A stretch of DNA of 64,000 nt from Gammaproteobacteria bacterium Gsub (GTDB taxonomy: Bacteria; Pseudomonadota; Gammaproteobacteria; PS1; Pseudothioglobaceae): assembly GCA_002007405.1 (NCBI GenBank), contig JYIN01000013.1, positions 6,009 to 70,008 on the forward strand. The letters run 5' to 3'. Below the pieces are notes generated by a model. That model saw nothing but the letters and a program-made list of their open reading frames with translations, did not search any database and was not told the origin of the DNA. Both the position numbers and the translations under genes were made by a program. Shown here piece by piece: positions 36,671 to 47,219 of the stretch (position 1 is its first letter; each line of letters starts with the position of its first letter).

Positions 36671-38529
36671 TTCGCCCAATAAGTTTTTAAATACACTAAT
36701 AAAATGGATATTGAGGCGGGGGTTATGCCTGGAATACGGCTGGCTTGACCAATGGTCGCAGGCTTATGCTTACAGAGCTTTTGTCGCACTTCAATAGAAA
36801 GTGCTTTTATTGTGTTGTAATCCACATCTGCAGGCAATGCGGTGTTTTCATTTTTTTTATATTTTTCAATCTCTGCTAATTGGCGTTTGATATAACCTTC
36901 ATATTTAATTTGATTTTCCACCGCACTCATCAGAATTTTATCATCCAAAAACGGTTTGCCAGATTCAATTTGGCTTAAAACCCTATAGTCTACCTTTGGA
37001 CGCTTTAATAATTCCAACAATGAATACTCATGATTAAAAGTCTGATTTAAAACTTGGGCGGCTTGTGTATCGTCTGCTTGAATCCAAGTACATTCTAAAC
37101 GCTGTCTTTCTCTGGCAACTGCTGAATACTTGTCTTCAAACGCCTGCCAACGAACCTCGTCAATTAAACCAAGTGCCCTAGCTTTTGGCGTTAAGCGCTC
37201 ATCAGCATTATCTTCACGCAATAACAAACGATACTCAGCGCGTGAAGTAAACATTCGATACGGCTCACTGGTACCAATCGTGGTCAGATCATCAACCATA
37301 ACGCCAATATAACTCTCATCACGCTTTGGTAGCCATGGATCTTTTTCAAGCACCGCACAAGCTGCATTTATGCCCGCCAAAAGCCCTTGTGCAGCCGCCT
37401 CTTCATAACCTGTAGTGCCATTGATTTGCCCTGCAAAATACAGCCCCGAAAGCTTTTTTAATTCCAGCGTTTGTTTTAATCCACGAGGGTCAAAAAAATC
37501 ATATTCAATCGCATATCCAGGACGCACAATGTGCGCTTTTTCAAAGCCTTTAATTGAATGAATGAAATCTTCTTGAATGGCATAAGGCAGTGAAGTCGAA
37601 ACCCCATTTGGATAAACCTCATGAGTGGTTAAACCCTCTGGTTCAACAAAAATCTGATGTGAATCACGCTGTGCAAAACGCACGATTTTATCCTCAATTG
37701 AGGGGCAATATCGCGGTCCAACGCCTTCAATACCGCCTGTATAAATCGGCGATTTATCAAGACCAGCGCGAATCAAATCATGAGTCTTTTCGTTGGTATG
37801 GGTGATGTAACAATGAATTTGCTCTGGGTGTTCGCGCCCATCCCCCATAAAAGAAAAACTGGGTAGAGGGGTATCACCGCTTTGCACTTGCATGATTTTA
37901 TAATCAATCGTGCGCCCATCTAGCCTCGGTGGCGTCCCAGTTTTAAGCCGACCCACGCCTAAATCGTAGGCTTTTAGTGTTTTTGATAGGGCATTTGAGG
38001 GGGCATCACCTGCACGACCAGCTGCATAATTGGCACCACCAATATGAATCACGCCGCCCAAAAAAGTCCCTGATGTTAAAATCACTTTATCCGCAAAAAA
38101 ACTCAACCCAATTTGGGTTTTAACTCCTTTAAGGGTGTTGTTTTCAATCAGAAAATCATCCACTGATTGCTGAAATAATGATAAATTTTCTTGAGTTTCA
38201 AGTACTTGGCGAATCGCAGCTTTATATAAAACCCTGTCCGCCTGTGCGCGTGTTGCCCGCACTGCAGGACCTTTTGAAGCATTTAAGGTACGAAACTGAA
38301 TCCCGGCCTTGTCAATCGCCCGTGCCATTGCCCCACCCATCGCATCAATCTCTTTAACCAAATGCCCCTTGCCAATCCCACCAATTGCCGGATTGCAACT
38401 CATCTGCCCCAGAGTCTCAATATTGTGGGTAATCAAAATCGTCCGAACCCCCATTCGTGCAGAAGCAAGTGCCGCCTCAGTCCCCGCATGACCGCCACCA
38501 ATAACAATCACACCATAATGCTGGCTCAT
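36667..38529 (-). CDS. mnmG: tRNA uridine 5-carboxymethylaminomethyl modification enzyme MnmG
   Basis: FAD motif [50 protein letters not shown]. Confidence 0.95.
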   Translation of the reverse strand: MSQHYGVIVIGGGHAGTEAALASARMGVRTILITHNIETLGQMSCNPAIGGIGKGHLVKEIDAMGGAMARAIDKAGIQFRTLNASKGPAVRATRAQADRVLYKAAIRQVLETQENLSLFQQSVDDFLIENNTLKGVKTQIGLSFFADKVILTSGTFLGGVIHIGGANYAAGRAGDAPSNALSKTLKAYDLGVGRLKTGTPPRLDGRTIDYKIMQVQSGDTPLPSFSFMGDGREHPEQIHCYITHTNEKTHDLIRAGLDKSPIYTGGIEGVGPRYCPSIEDKIVRFAQRDSHQIFVEPEGLTTHEVYPNGVSTSLPYAIQEDFIHSIKGFEKAHIVRPGYAIEYDFFDPRGLKQTLELKKLSGLYFAGQINGTTGYEEAAAQGLLAGINAACAVLEKDPWLPKRDESYIGVMVDDLTTIGTSEPYRMFTSRAEYRLLLREDNADERLTPKARALGLIDEVRWQAFEDKYSAVARERQRLECTWIQADDTQAAQVLNQTFNHEYSLLELLKRPKVDYRVLSQIESGKPFLDDKILMSAVENQIKYEGYIKRQLAEIEKYKKNENTALPADVDYNTIKALSIEVRQKLCKHKPATIGQASRIPGITPASISILLVYLKTYWAK

Positions 38530-38624
38530 AGCAACGGCGCTAAACTTTGATTATGGATGAACATTTCATCTTTTACAACTCTCGTAGTTACATTCTTCAA
38601 TAAAGCCTAAAATGGTATTTTGTT

Positions 38625-40964
38625 TTATTTTTTTTCTAAGGCAATATCTAATACTTCATCAATCCATTTAACTTTGATGATATTGAGTTTGGTTTTGACT
38701 TTATCTGGCACTTCGGATAATTCGCGTTCGTTATTATCGGGAATAATCACGGTTTTGATGCCACCACGCAATGCTGCAAGCATTTTTTCTTTAAGACCAC
38801 CGACTGGGGTGATTTCACCGCGTAGAGTAATCTCACCAGTCATAGCAACATCGGCCCTGACTTTGCGCCCTGTTAGCACTGATACCAAAGCCGTGCACAT
38901 TGCTGCACCAGCACTGGGACCGTCCTTTGGGGTAGCACCATCAGGCACATGAATATGAACATCAAGTTTGTTTTGGAAACCATCTGCAATTTTGAGTTCC
39001 TTGGCCCGGGTGCGAGTAACACTCATGGCGGCCTGAATTGACTCTTGCATCACATCACCCAGCTGCCCAGTGTAGTTTAGTTTGCCTTTGCCTTTATAAG
39101 CGCTCGCCTCAATCGTGAGTAAATCACCGCCAACGGCAGTCCAAGCTAAGCCAGTAACTTCACCAATTTGGTTGTGCTGTTCTGCCAAGCCATAGCGGAA
39201 TTTTCTTACTCCCAGATATTTTGCTAAATTTTTGACATCAATAATAGCCTTATTTTTGCGTTTTTTAAGCACAACTTCCTTAACCACTTTACGGCAAATA
39301 GTGCTAATCGTGCGATTTAAATTACGCACTCCTGCCTCACGCGTATAATAACGAATAATATCCAAAATGGCTGTATCTTTAAAACTAATCTCATTGGGCT
39401 TGATGCCATTGTTTTCCATTGCTTTTGCCAGCAGATGGCGTTTGGCAATTTGCACTTTTTCGTCCTCAGTGTAGCCTGGAATTTCAATAATTTCCATTCT
39501 ATCTAACAGTGGTCGGGGCAAATTAAGTGAGTTGGCGGTAGCAACAAACATCACTTGAGAAAGGTCATAATCCACTTCTATATAATGGTCGTTAAAAGTG
39601 TGGTTTTGCTCAGGATCGAGTACCTCTAACATTGCAGATTCAGGATCGCCACGATAATCCGATGCCATTTTATCAATTTCATCTAATAAGAATAGTGGGT
39701 TTTTAACCTTAACTTTTTGCATTTTTTGGACAATTGACCCCGGCATAGCGCCAATATAAGTGCGTCTGTGTCCGCGAATCTCCGCCTCATCGCGAAGCCC
39801 GCCAAGTGCCATACGCACGAATTTACGATTAACCGCCCTAGCAATTGACTCACCAAGTGAGGTTTTACCGACACCAGGCGGACCAACAAGACACAAAATA
39901 TTAGCCTTATTATGAATAACCCGTGTTTGCACTGCTAAATATTCCAAAATGCGCTCTTTTACCTTGTGCAAACCATAATGGTCATCATTGAGTATTTTTT
40001 GTGCTTTTTCAAGATCTTTATTGATATGAGTCTTTTTACTCCAAGGCAACTCACATAAATTTTCAATATAGGTGCGAATGATTGACGCATCAGAAGAATT
40101 AGAGGACATACGGGAGAGTTTTTTTAGCTCATTTTGTGCTTTGGTTTTAGCCGCTTTTGGCATTTTTGCTTTATTGATACTTGCGCGTAGATCTTCAATT
40201 TCATTTTCGTCTTCAACTTGCCCTAATTCTTTTTGAATAGATTTCATTTGTTCATTCAAATAATAATCCCTTTGATTAGACTCCATTTGTTTGCGTACCC
40301 GAGATTGAATTTTCATCTCCGCACCAAGCACATCAATCTCACCCTGAATAAGACTCAATATTTTTTCTAATCGTGCCGAGGCATTATCACCCTCTAATAA
40401 TGCTTGTTTTTCATTGATTTTAAGGTTTAAATTGGCAATAATAATATCACTAAAACGCTCCACATCGCTAATATCTTGTAAAACTTTAAAGACTTCTTCG
40501 GGTATTTTTTTATTGAGTTTTAAGTAGTTTTCAAAACTATCTAAAGCAAGGCGCATCATGGCTTTAATCTCAATATCGTCGGTAGATTTTAGTTCTATTT
40601 CGCTAACCGAAACTTCAGTATAACCATTAACATCAACAAAGCTCTCAATCTTGGCGCGTTGGACGCCCTCAACCAAAACTTTGATAGTGCCATCGGGTAA
40701 TTTCAACATTTGCAAAATGGTTGCTAAAGTGCCAACTTTATACAAATCATCACTTGTTGGCTGTTCGGCTTTTTCATTTTTTTGGACCACCAAAAAAATA
40801 TATTTATTGCCTCCCATTGCTTGGTTTATGGCATTGACAGAAGTTTTTCTACCCACAAAAAGCGGCATTACTGTATGTGGAAAAACCACCACATCTCGCA
40901 AAGGCAAAAGCGGGACTCGCTCTTTTTTTAAATCAATCAACTCTGTTTTGGCTTCTGTTCCCAT
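38625..40964 (-). CDS. lon: ATP-dependent Lon protease
   Basis: LPLLPLRDVVVFPH N-domain, Walker A GPPGVGKTS, LLDEIDK, protease motif PKDGPSAG with catalytic Ser. Confidence 0.95.
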   Translation of the reverse strand: MGTEAKTELIDLKKERVPLLPLRDVVVFPHTVMPLFVGRKTSVNAINQAMGGNKYIFLVVQKNEKAEQPTSDDLYKVGTLATILQMLKLPDGTIKVLVEGVQRAKIESFVDVNGYTEVSVSEIELKSTDDIEIKAMMRLALDSFENYLKLNKKIPEEVFKVLQDISDVERFSDIIIANLNLKINEKQALLEGDNASARLEKILSLIQGEIDVLGAEMKIQSRVRKQMESNQRDYYLNEQMKSIQKELGQVEDENEIEDLRASINKAKMPKAAKTKAQNELKKLSRMSSNSSDASIIRTYIENLCELPWSKKTHINKDLEKAQKILNDDHYGLHKVKERILEYLAVQTRVIHNKANILCLVGPPGVGKTSLGESIARAVNRKFVRMALGGLRDEAEIRGHRRTYIGAMPGSIVQKMQKVKVKNPLFLLDEIDKMASDYRGDPESAMLEVLDPEQNHTFNDHYIEVDYDLSQVMFVATANSLNLPRPLLDRMEIIEIPGYTEDEKVQIAKRHLLAKAMENNGIKPNEISFKDTAILDIIRYYTREAGVRNLNRTISTICRKVVKEVVLKKRKNKAIIDVKNLAKYLGVRKFRYGLAEQHNQIGEVTGLAWTAVGGDLLTIEASAYKGKGKLNYTGQLGDVMQESIQAAMSVTRTRAKELKIADGFQNKLDVHIHVPDGATPKDGPSAGAAMCTALVSVLTGRKVRADVAMTGEITLRGEITPVGGLKEKMLAALRGGIKTVIIPDNNERELSEVPDKVKTKLNIIKVKWIDEVLDIALEKK

Positions 40965-42253
40965 AATAGTTTAATATTTTTATTTTGTAACAACTTAGAT
41001 AAATAGTGATGAGTAACGCCAATTTCAAGTGTCCACCTGCCAAAGTCATCTACTTTTTCATTAAAAATATGACCAATATTATGAATTTCACTACGAATAT
41101 AAGTAGATTTTACCCCAAGTTGGATTTTTGCATGCTCAAGCACCCCGCCGAGTTGTTCAGCTAAAGCTTGATAAAGTAGATCAATCCCATCGCCAGTTTT
41201 TGCACAAAGCCATACACGATAAATTTTGCCTTCTTTATCGCGGTCTATTCTAGGTTTAAAATCATGCAAACGATCAATTTTATTCATCACCAAAATACTA
41301 GGCACTGCATCTGCATTAATGGCAAAGATAATCTCTTCCACTTGGTTAATTTTATCCCCGTTATACTCATCAGAACAATCAACCACATGTAATAAAACAT
41401 CGGCTTGGCGGGTTTCCTCCAAAGTTGATTTAAAGGCTGCCACTAAGTCATGTGGTAGGTTCTGGATAAACCCTACGGTATCGGCAATAACTGCAGTCCC
41501 AGACGCAGGCAAAATAACCTGCCGAATGGTAGCATCTAAGGTGGCAAACAGTTGCTCGTCAGCAAACACTTCGGCATTAGTTAAAGTGTTAAATAAAGTT
41601 GATTTTCCAGCATTGGTATAGCCTGCTAAGGCAATCATAGGTAGGGCATTTTTGATGCGTGATTTACGCCCTAAATCGCGTTGTTTATGCACTTTTTCTA
41701 AACGCTTGTTGATATTTTTAATGCGTTTGGTAATCAAGCGTTTGTCGGTTTCTAACTGAGTCTCACCCGGTCCGCGTAAGCCAATACCCCCTTTTTGCCG
41801 CTCAAGATGCATCCAACCTCTGACTAAACGCGTAGAAAGGCGCCTAAGTTGTGCTAATTCTACTTGTAATTTACCTTCAAAGGAGCGCGCTCTGAGTGAA
41901 AATATATCCAAAATTAAGCCGCTTCTATCCATCACTTGGCATTTTAATATTTGTTCTAAATTGCGTTCTTGCGAAGGGGATAATTCAGTTGAAAAAATCA
42001 CCAAATCTAGTGCCAATTCTGGGACTAATTCTGCCAATTCTGCAACTTTGCCAGCACCAATAAAATATTTAGCAGTGGCACTATTACGACTGATTTGGAT
42101 AGTTTTAGCCACCTGCAAACCAGAAGATTTTGCCAATTCGCAAAACTCTTCTAAACCATTATGATGATAATGATTATCACCCAATTTGACATGCACTAAT
42201 AGGGTGCGCTCACCCTGTCCAACTGCATTTTTTTGTTTATCAAATAGTGCCAA
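40937..42253 (-). CDS. hflX: GTPase HflX
   Basis: HflX N-domain (ELAELV...DLVIF...LSPSQERNLE), G1 GYTNAGKSTLFN, DTVGF, NKID. Confidence 0.9.
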   Translation of the reverse strand: MALFDKQKNAVGQGERTLLVHVKLGDNHYHHNGLEEFCELAKSSGLQVAKTIQISRNSATAKYFIGAGKVAELAELVPELALDLVIFSTELSPSQERNLEQILKCQVMDRSGLILDIFSLRARSFEGKLQVELAQLRRLSTRLVRGWMHLERQKGGIGLRGPGETQLETDKRLITKRIKNINKRLEKVHKQRDLGRKSRIKNALPMIALAGYTNAGKSTLFNTLTNAEVFADEQLFATLDATIRQVILPASGTAVIADTVGFIQNLPHDLVAAFKSTLEETRQADVLLHVVDCSDEYNGDKINQVEEIIFAINADAVPSILVMNKIDRLHDFKPRIDRDKEGKIYRVWLCAKTGDGIDLLYQALAEQLGGVLEHAKIQLGVKSTYIRSEIHNIGHIFNEKVDDFGRWTLEIGVTHHYLSKLLQNKNIKLLWEQKPKQS

Positions 42254-42276
42254 TTTGGATGATTCTAATCAAGTAT

Positions 42277-43551
42277 TTAACTGGCTTTTTTAGATTTGTT
42301 GGACCTGCCAGACTTGCTCTTAGATTGATACATGATAAGTGGTGTTTTCTTCTTTTCAACCACACTCTTGTCAATCACCACTTCACGCACGCCGTCTAAC
42401 GACGGTAACTCAAACATTGTATCTAAAAGCAAATCTTCTAAAATTGAACGCAACCCACGGGCGCCTGTTTTGCGTTTAATAGCCAGCTTAGCAATGGCCG
42501 ATAATGCGGGCTTTCTAAAGGTGAGATTAACCCCTTCCATTAAAAATACTTCGCAAAATTGCTTAATCACTGAATTTTTAGGCTGGATTAGAATTTGAAT
42601 TAAGGCATCTTCATCTAGCTCACTAAGTGCAGTTTGCACGGGCAGGCGACCCACTAATTCTGGAATTAAGCCGTATTTAATCAAGTCTTCGGGCTCAATT
42701 AAATTAAATAAGTCAGTTAGGGTTTTTGCTTTGTTTTGACCACTAACATTAGCAGAAAAACCAATCCCTGCTGATTTTTCAACCCGTCTGCTGATAATTT
42801 TGTCTAAGCCATCAAACGCGCCACCACAAATAAACAAGATTTTTGAGGTATCAACATCAATGGTTTTTTGGTTTGGGTGCTTGCGCCCTCCCTGTGGCGG
42901 TACTGATGCTATCGTGCCTTCAATCAATTTTAACATGGCTTGCTGCACCCCTTCACCAGAGACATCCCGAGTGATTGAAGGGGAATCAGAACGGCGAGAA
43001 ATTTTATCAATCTCATCAATAAAAATGATTCCACTCTCGGCGCGTTTGGCATCAAAATCACACTTAGAGAGCAAACTTTTAATCACATTTTCTACATCAT
43101 CTCCCACATAGCCCGCCTCCGTGAGCGTAGTGGCATCGGCTACCGTAAAAGGCACATTTAAAATACGCGCTAAGGTTTTTGCTAATAGGGTTTTTCCTGA
43201 ACCAGTTGGACCAATCATTAAAATATTTGATTTGTCTAACTCAACCTCATTTGATATATAACTGCTTTGCAAACGCTTGTAATGATTATAAACTGCGACC
43301 GATAATACTTTTTTAGGATGATCTTGTCCAATCACATAATCATTTAAAAAAGCCAATAATTCCTTGGGGGTATAATTCCACTCCTGATGGGAGGTGCTGA
43401 TTTCTTTTAAAGCTTGCTCAGTAATAAGGTCATGGCAAGATTTTATACACTCACTACAAATATAAACCCCTGGTCCTGCAATAAAACGACCAACCTCAGC
43501 TTTTGATTTACCACAAAATGAACAATGCAATTCTTTGATAATTTCTGCCAT
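42277..43551 (-). CDS. clpX: ATP-dependent Clp protease ATP-binding subunit ClpX
   Basis: Zinc-binding CSFCGK...CSEC, Walker [27 protein letters not shown]. Confidence 0.95.
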   Translation of the reverse strand: MAEIIKELHCSFCGKSKAEVGRFIAGPGVYICSECIKSCHDLITEQALKEISTSHQEWNYTPKELLAFLNDYVIGQDHPKKVLSVAVYNHYKRLQSSYISNEVELDKSNILMIGPTGSGKTLLAKTLARILNVPFTVADATTLTEAGYVGDDVENVIKSLLSKCDFDAKRAESGIIFIDEIDKISRRSDSPSITRDVSGEGVQQAMLKLIEGTIASVPPQGGRKHPNQKTIDVDTSKILFICGGAFDGLDKIISRRVEKSAGIGFSANVSGQNKAKTLTDLFNLIEPEDLIKYGLIPELVGRLPVQTALSELDEDALIQILIQPKNSVIKQFCEVFLMEGVNLTFRKPALSAIAKLAIKRKTGARGLRSILEDLLLDTMFELPSLDGVREVVIDKSVVEKKKTPLIMYQSKSKSGRSNKSKKAS

Positions 43552-43559
43552 AAACTGCC

Positions 43560-44156
43560 CTATCGTTTTCTAAGTACCTTATCAATCAAGCCATATTTAA
43601 CTGATTCAGTGGCTGACATAAAGTTGTCTCTGTCGGTGTCTTTTTGGATGGTTTTAAGACTTTGATGCGTATGGTTTTTTAAAATCAGATTTAGCTTGTC
43701 TCTTACTTTTAAAATCTCTTGTGCATGAATATCTATATCACTAGCTTGACCTGAAAACCCACCTAGTGGTTGATGAATCATACACCGCGTATGAGGCAAA
43801 GCAAAACGCTTACCTTTAGCCCCTGCTGCAAGTAATAATGCTCCCATGCTCGCCGCTTGACCAATACACAAAGTTGAAATATCGGGTTTAATAAATTGCA
43901 TGGTGTCGTAAATTGCCAGCCCACTAGAGACCGAACCACCCGGAGAATTGATATATAAATGAATATCTTGTTTGGAATTTTCAGATTCTAAAAATAATAA
44001 TTGGGCAACAATCACATTCGCCATATAATCTTCAATAGCCCCTACTAAAAAAACCACTCGCTCTTTTAAAAGGCGTGAATAAATATCATAAGCACGCTCA
44101 CCTCGGGCTGACTGCTCAATGACTATTGGTACTTGGTTAAGATTTTGAATGCCCAT
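43560..44156 (-). CDS. clpP: ATP-dependent Clp protease proteolytic subunit ClpP
   Basis: [15 protein letters not shown], catalytic Ser motif [16 protein letters not shown]. Confidence 0.95.
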   Translation of the reverse strand: MGIQNLNQVPIVIEQSARGERAYDIYSRLLKERVVFLVGAIEDYMANVIVAQLLFLESENSKQDIHLYINSPGGSVSSGLAIYDTMQFIKPDISTLCIGQAASMGALLLAAGAKGKRFALPHTRCMIHQPLGGFSGQASDIDIHAQEILKVRDKLNLILKNHTHQSLKTIQKDTDRDNFMSATESVKYGLIDKVLRKR

Positions 44157-45442
44157 TACAAAAGTTCTTGAAATTTCCTATTTTTAGTTACTATTTTCGC
44201 CTTTTCCAAAATAATATTCTCTACCATTTTTTCTACAACCAGTAACTCAATAGTTGAAAGTCTATTGGGGTCTTGGTTGTAATAGTCTATCATTTGCTGG
44301 GAATTTTCGCCATAGGTTTGTGCCATTTCTGCTAATTTAGCATTGATTTGCTCCTTGCTGGCACTTATTTTATGCTCACTGGCAATTTGATTTATCAACA
44401 GCCCAAGCCGAACACGACGATGTGCCTCATCATTAAAAGTAGCGACTGACAAGTTGTCTTTAACGGGTATGTTTTGTTGCTGGAGGCGTGCTTGGGCGTC
44501 CTTTAATAGGTTTTGTGCCTCATTGTCAATGCTGGCTTGTGGCACTTCAAAATCATGGGCTGCCAATAAGGCATCAAAAACAGCCTGTTTATTTTGGTTG
44601 GCAAGGCGGCTATCAATTTCACTCCGCATTCGTTTTTGGATGTTTTGTTCTAAAGATTGGATATCTTTTTCGCCAAATTTTTGTGCAAATTTTGCATCAA
44701 GTTTTGGCACTTTAGGCTCAAAAACTGCCTTCACACTCACCTCAAAAACCACAGCTTTACCTGCTAATTGGACAACATGATAATCTTTAGGAAAGGTTAA
44801 ATTTAGTATGGTTTTACTACCAGCATTCATGTTAATCAAACCCTCTTCAAAGCCCTTTATCATTGAGCCCTTACCAAGCACCAGTTTAAAATCATCAGCC
44901 TTGCCACCGTCAAATTCTTTACCATCAATTGTGCCTTTAAAGTCAATGCTAATCTGATCATGAATTCTGGATTTACGCTTGATTAATTTGTATTCGGTTG
45001 ATTCGGAAATCAATTCTTTTAATGCCTTTTCTTCGTCTTTTGGGGTTATTGCAACCTTGATCTGTTCAATTGTTAATTTGGTAAAATCACTGGTTTGTAT
45101 CTGGGGATAGGTCTCAAATTCAACAGTATAAGAAAAATCACCCCCATCCTTTAAATCAATTTTGCTAATTACGGGGCGGGCTGCTGGTGTTATTTTAACT
45201 TTTGCCAGGGCATCAACCAAAGTTTCATTCACGATTTCATTGCTTACATCTGATCTGGCATTTTCCCCAAATTTCTGTCGCAAAATAGAGATAGGCACCT
45301 TACCTTTTCTAAAACCATCAATGGTTACCTCAGTTGCCATTTTTTGTAAAATTTTATCCATTTTTTGGCTAAACATTTCAATCGGAAAATACACGGTTAA
45401 TGATTTTTTTAGACCCTCTAATGTTTTTAGTGATGTTCTCAT
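44156..45442 (-). CDS. tig: Trigger factor (start at ATG 45440-45442)
   Basis: [15 protein letters not shown]..., ribosome-binding motif [12 protein letters not shown]-type middle domain. Confidence 0.9.
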   Translation of the reverse strand: MRTSLKTLEGLKKSLTVYFPIEMFSQKMDKILQKMATEVTIDGFRKGKVPISILRQKFGENARSDVSNEIVNETLVDALAKVKITPAARPVISKIDLKDGGDFSYTVEFETYPQIQTSDFTKLTIEQIKVAITPKDEEKALKELISESTEYKLIKRKSRIHDQISIDFKGTIDGKEFDGGKADDFKLVLGKGSMIKGFEEGLINMNAGSKTILNLTFPKDYHVVQLAGKAVVFEVSVKAVFEPKVPKLDAKFAQKFGEKDIQSLEQNIQKRMRSEIDSRLANQNKQAVFDALLAAHDFEVPQASIDNEAQNLLKDAQARLQQQNIPVKDNLSVATFNDEAHRRVRLGLLINQIASEHKISASKEQINAKLAEMAQTYGENSQQMIDYYNQDPNRLSTIELLVVEKMVENIILEKAKIVTKNRKFQELL

Positions 45443-45545
45443 AGTAATAAATTCTGAATTAAACCTCAAAAAAAAGTGTTGCCCTCTATAGGGAGTTTAT
45501 GACAATAAAAACAACTTTTTGAGAGGTCTTTGAATCTTAAAAAAA

Positions 45546-46205
45546 TTAATAGAGGCTGGCAATATATTCAGCCACTGCCTCAATCTCTGCATTGGTTAAA
45601 CTTTTGGTAAAGTTAATCATTACCCCTTCAAAGTCATTTACCCTACTGGGCTTGGTATCGCCAGTTTGCATATTGATTGATTGTTGGCGAAAATCTTTAA
45701 GTTGCTTAACGGTATAAGCAGCATGCTGTGCAGACAGTACTGGAAAACCTGCAGATGGGATACCCCTGCCTTTTGGTCCATGACAAGCAGCACAAGCGGT
45801 AACACTGGTCTCTTTCTTGCCACCACGATAAATTTTTTCACCCAAAGTAATATCGGCACCTTGTTTTGCCATACCTCGGGTTATTTTTTGCACCGCATAA
45901 TAAGCGGCTAAATCCGCCATATCCTCGTCTGCTAGGGGGGCAACTATGCCCTCCATCACTGGATCAATGCGTGCACCTGATTTAAAATCTTGTAATTGTT
46001 TTAGTAAATAATCCTCGTTTTGGTCCGCTAATTTTGGAAAATTAGTAACAGTTGAGTTACCATCAGCGCCATGACAAGCAGCACAAGTGAGTGATTTTTT
46101 CTGTCCTTTTATTGGGTCACCAGTGGCTAAGGTGGTCGTTGAAATAAAAACGATTAAAAATGCAAAAATTGGGGTTAATTTATTCATAAATTTTGCTTTT
46201 TCCAA
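45546..46205 (-). CDS. Dihaem cytochrome c4
   Basis: Signal peptide and two CxxCH motifs (CAACHG twice) each followed by the FPxLAxQ / LKDF pattern. Confidence 0.85.
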   Translation of the reverse strand: MEKAKFMNKLTPIFAFLIVFISTTTLATGDPIKGQKKSLTCAACHGADGNSTVTNFPKLADQNEDYLLKQLQDFKSGARIDPVMEGIVAPLADEDMADLAAYYAVQKITRGMAKQGADITLGEKIYRGGKKETSVTACAACHGPKGRGIPSAGFPVLSAQHAAYTVKQLKDFRQQSINMQTGDTKPSRVNDFEGVMINFTKSLTNAEIEAVAEYIASLY

Positions 46206-46257
46206 AAAAAATAAGCCGATAAATACAATATCGGCTTATTGCTTAAATATGCTGCCC

Positions 46258-46551
46258 TTATAAGCCAGCCAAGTAATCGGCAATGGCTTGCTCTTTGCCT
46301 TTAGCCAATGCTGCCAATGCGCCCATTGTTGGGTCCTTACGAGCACCAGATTGGAAATCTTTAAGTTGCTTAACAGTATAGGCAGCTTGCTGTCCAGCAA
46401 GATTTGGATAAATTGGAATAGAGGATTGACCCGTGGCCCCATGACAAGCGGCACACCCTAAGGCAAGATAATCTTCTTTGCCGCCGGCTTGAGCCGAAAA
46501 TACGCTGAAGGTTAATAACCCTATTGCTACTAATGAAACTGTTTTTCTCAT
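46258..46551 (-). CDS. Monohaem class I cytochrome c (c5-like)
   Basis: Signal peptide MRKTVSLVAIGLLTFSVFSAQA and single CAACHG haem site; adjacent to c4 and divergent from engB as in Pseudomonas. Confidence 0.8.
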   Translation of the reverse strand: MRKTVSLVAIGLLTFSVFSAQAGGKEDYLALGCAACHGATGQSSIPIYPNLAGQQAAYTVKQLKDFQSGARKDPTMGALAALAKGKEQAIADYLAGL

Positions 46552-46619
46552 TTTTGTCTCCTTTTTAAAATTATAATAAAAAAATATATCAGCAACTTAT
46601 TATACTTATTTTTTACTCC

Positions 46620-47219
46620 ATGAATAAATTTTATCAACAAGCTAAATTTCTGCTTTCCTGTCCCTCGCTCAAAGGTTGCCCGCGCGACCAAGGTTATGAG
46701 GTGATTTTTGCAGGACGCTCAAATGCTGGTAAGTCAAGTGTTATTAACGCCCTAACGGGACAAAAAAAACTCGCCAAAGTCTCACACACCCCCGGTAAGA
46801 CGCAACATTTAGTATTTTTCCAATTAGATGATGATCATCGTTTGGTAGATTTACCCGGCTATGGCTACGCCAAAGTGCCTGGTCGGGTCAAAAAAGAATG
46901 GCATATTAACATGAGAGAATATTTTGAAAAGCGCCAATCTTTAACAGGGGCAGTTTTGTTAATAGATATACGCCGTGGATTTACACCTTTTGACCAAATA
47001 ATGCTTAATTGGTGTGTGACTATTAACTTGCCAACACAAATTCTACTGACTAAGGCTGATAAACTAAAAAGAGGGGCAGCCAGCAGTGCTGAGATCAAAA
47101 TCATGCGCGTAGTTGCACACCATCCCCGCGTTGGGGTGCAATTATTTTCCAGCCTAAAAAAACAAGGCTTGGAAGAGCTCTGGCACAAGCTTGATACTTT
47201 TTTCCATCATGTGGATTAA
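46620..47219 (+). CDS. engB: Ribosome biogenesis GTP-binding protein YsxC/EngB
   Basis: G1 [22 protein letters not shown]. Confidence 0.9.
   Translation: MNKFYQQAKFLLSCPSLKGCPRDQGYEVIFAGRSNAGKSSVINALTGQKKLAKVSHTPGKTQHLVFFQLDDDHRLVDLPGYGYAKVPGRVKKEWHINMREYFEKRQSLTGAVLLIDIRRGFTPFDQIMLNWCVTINLPTQILLTKADKLKRGAASSAEIKIMRVVAHHPRVGVQLFSSLKKQGLEELWHKLDTFFHHVD

Noticed and set aside
38530-38624. Possible oriC next to mnmG (gidA), as in many gammaproteobacteria
   Set aside because: The spacer upstream of mnmG is only 95 bp and abuts the lon stop. I found no TTATCCACA-type DnaA boxes or AT-rich 13-mer array here or in the other large spacers.
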